A DNA stretch of 64,000 nucleotides from Spirochaetaceae bacterium (GTDB taxonomy: Bacteria; Spirochaetota; Spirochaetia; DSM-2461), in NCBI GenBank assembly GCA_051531975.1, contig JAOPTT010000007.1:245778-309777 (forward strand), in the 5' to 3' direction. Of this stretch, positions 62,647 to 64,000 are shown piece by piece. The position numbers and the translations under genes are program-made. Position 1 is the first letter of the stretch. Each line of letters begins with the position of its first letter. Under the pieces are notes generated by a model. The model ran no database searches and had not been told where the DNA came from. It saw only the letters and a list, made by a program, of their open reading frames with translations.

Positions 62647-64000
62647 TATTCGTCTATTTCTAATTCACTAAATAATTTTTTGTAAACATTAAAATGTTCA
62701 CTTTCAACAAACTCTTTTATTTTGTCCTCTGGTAGAGACTCTAGAAGTACATCCATATATGACAGAACTGATTTAATTTCAGTCTTTAGTTCAGGTTTTA
62801 TATTATCTGAGAACTTTTTAGGTTTTTCAATAATTTCTGGCTCTAGTTCACGTACCGGTTCTCGTTTACGTACAGGTTCTGGTGCTCGTACAGGTTCTGG
62901 TTCACGTACAGGTTCTGGTGCTCGTACAGGTTCTGGTTCACGTACAGGCTCTGGTGCTCGTACAGGTTCTGGTTCACGTACAGGTTCTGGTTCACGTACA
63001 GGTTCTGGTTCACGTACAGGTTCTGGTTCACGCACAGGTTCTGGTGCTCGTACAGGTTCTGGTTCACGTACAGGTTCTGGTTCACGTACAGGTTCTGGTG
63101 TTTGTACAGGTTCTGGTTCAACATGCTCTAATTCAGAGCCTATTAAAGAATCAAGTTGACTTAGATCCAGATTTTCAGTTCCAGGAAGAACATCATCCTC
63201 AGGAGCTACTAGGACATCTCCATTATCAATAGTAATTTCATAATTATCATTGGATATAACTATTGGATTAGAATCATCATTGTCTACAAGCTGCTTTTCT
63301 AATTCATCATTACTTTCTATAAGCATATTTGGTGTATCATCTAAATCTAATTCACTAAGGAAGTCATCATCTATCTCAAGATCTGCTACTTGCGCAGCAA
63401 CCTTTTGAGTTAATTCATCCGAAATTGCTTTTGCTTTTTCTGCTACATTTGCTTCATTTATATCAGCATTATCATCTAGATTAAAATCATCATCAATTAG
63501 ATCTGAATCATCAAAGTCAAGCCCAAACTCATCAGTCATATCGACAATTTCAATCTCTTCATCATCTTTAAGATCATCGTTATCAAAATCTAATCCAAAT
63601 TCATCATTTATATCTATTGATTCTATTTCTTCACCAAGGGAATCATCATCCATATTAAATTCATCAGTTACATCTTCTGTAGGGGATGTGTCATCTTGGC
63701 TTGTGCTGATTTCTTCTTCTACTTCTTGATTCTCTTCAATATGAACTTCATTTGAATCGTCAAGATCTATATCTTCGACCTTATAGTCTGTATTGTCAGA
63801 ATGGGCAAATATATCTTCGTGAATATCGTCATCCTGGCTTACATTATTTATTTCTTCATTTTCAATATTTTCAATATCATTTAAATTTATCTCATTATCT
63901 AAATCAAAATCTTCATCTAGATTAACATCGTCAAAGCTTATATCTTCTTCTATGACAATGTCTTCATCTAAAGTGATATCTTCATCTAAAGTGATATCTT
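62646..64000 (-). CDS. Highly acidic low-complexity protein with a Pro-rich repeat and a helical C-terminus (5' end outside the window)
   Basis: The frame has no stop from 63653 to the window end; D/E-rich; (PEPVRE/A)n; tail [38 protein letters not shown]. Confidence 0.8.
   Translation of the reverse strand, partial: DITLDEDITLDEDIVIEEDISFDDVNLDEDFDLDNEINLNDIENIENEEINNVSQDDDIHEDIFAHSDNTDYKVEDIDLDDSNEVHIEENQEVEEEISTSQDDTSPTEDVTDEFNMDDDSLGEEIESIDINDEFGLDFDNDDLKDDEEIEIVDMTDEFGLDFDDSDLIDDDFNLDDNADINEANVAEKAKAISDELTQKVAAQVADLEIDDDFLSELDLDDTPNMLIESNDELEKQLVDNDDSNPIVISNDNYEITIDNGDVLVAPEDDVLPGTENLDLSQLDSLIGSELEHVEPEPVQTPEPVREPEPVREPEPVRAPEPVREPEPVREPEPVREPEPVREPEPVRAPEPVREPEPVRAPEPVREPEPVRAPEPVRKREPVRELEPEIIEKPKKFSDNIKPELKTEIKSVLSYMDVLLESLPEDKIKEFVESEHFNVYKKLFSELEIDE
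62847..63116 (-). repeat. 18-bp coding VNTR, about 15 units encoding PEPVR[E/A]
   Basis: Plus-strand unit (TTCA/TGCT)CGTACAGGTTCTGG repeated. Confidence 0.95.

Noticed and set aside
62847..63116. Possible CRISPR array
   Set aside because: Head-to-tail 18-bp units with no unique spacers, in-frame coding, and no cas genes in the window.
62722..63232. Alternative-frame repeat ORFs (RTGSGS, NQNLYV, VQVLVH)
   Set aside because: By-products of the stop-free 18-bp VNTR inside the real minus-strand gene.
1..64000. tRNA/rRNA genes, IS elements, prophage
   Set aside because: Intergenic gaps are short and AT-rich with no cloverleaf or rRNA signature; no transposase, integrase or phage protein was recognised.

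Overview
AT-rich bacterial chromosome segment, probably from a free-living spirochaete. This is an inference from the CheY3-like regulator, the tandem Maf genes and the spirochaete-type hypothetical proteins. Contents from left to right: (1) an AraC-linked pentose operon (xylB, tkt, fucose-isomerase-like XylA-II, cupin) and an AraC-linked GH1; (2) prs and an orphan sugar-binding protein back-to-back with a Cache/PAS kinase; (3) a CpdA-like phosphodiesterase, a hybrid kinase, ltaE, an M3 peptidase, a PilZ protein and a ZIP transporter; (4) an Hpt / giant hybrid kinase / REC-adenylate cyclase / REC / CheY-like phosphorelay operon; (5) uraA with a perfect 49-bp 3' duplication, a HAD, a dGTPase resembling the anti-phage clade, metH and a diguanylate cyclase; (6) a complete L-ascorbate (ula) PTS locus with its own EI and HPr and visible operator repeats; (7) an NhaC-family transporter, cls, rnz and a GldF/GldG-like fusion; (8) a minus-strand cluster of two very acidic, repeat-rich proteins flanking two Maf flagellin-glycosyltransferase-family genes, the best candidate here for an undescribed system (a cell-pole scaffold). 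Seven stand-alone genes show a leaderless-mRNA promoter layout. No rRNA, tRNA, CRISPR array or transposase was recognised. All calls come from reading motifs by eye; no database searches were run.
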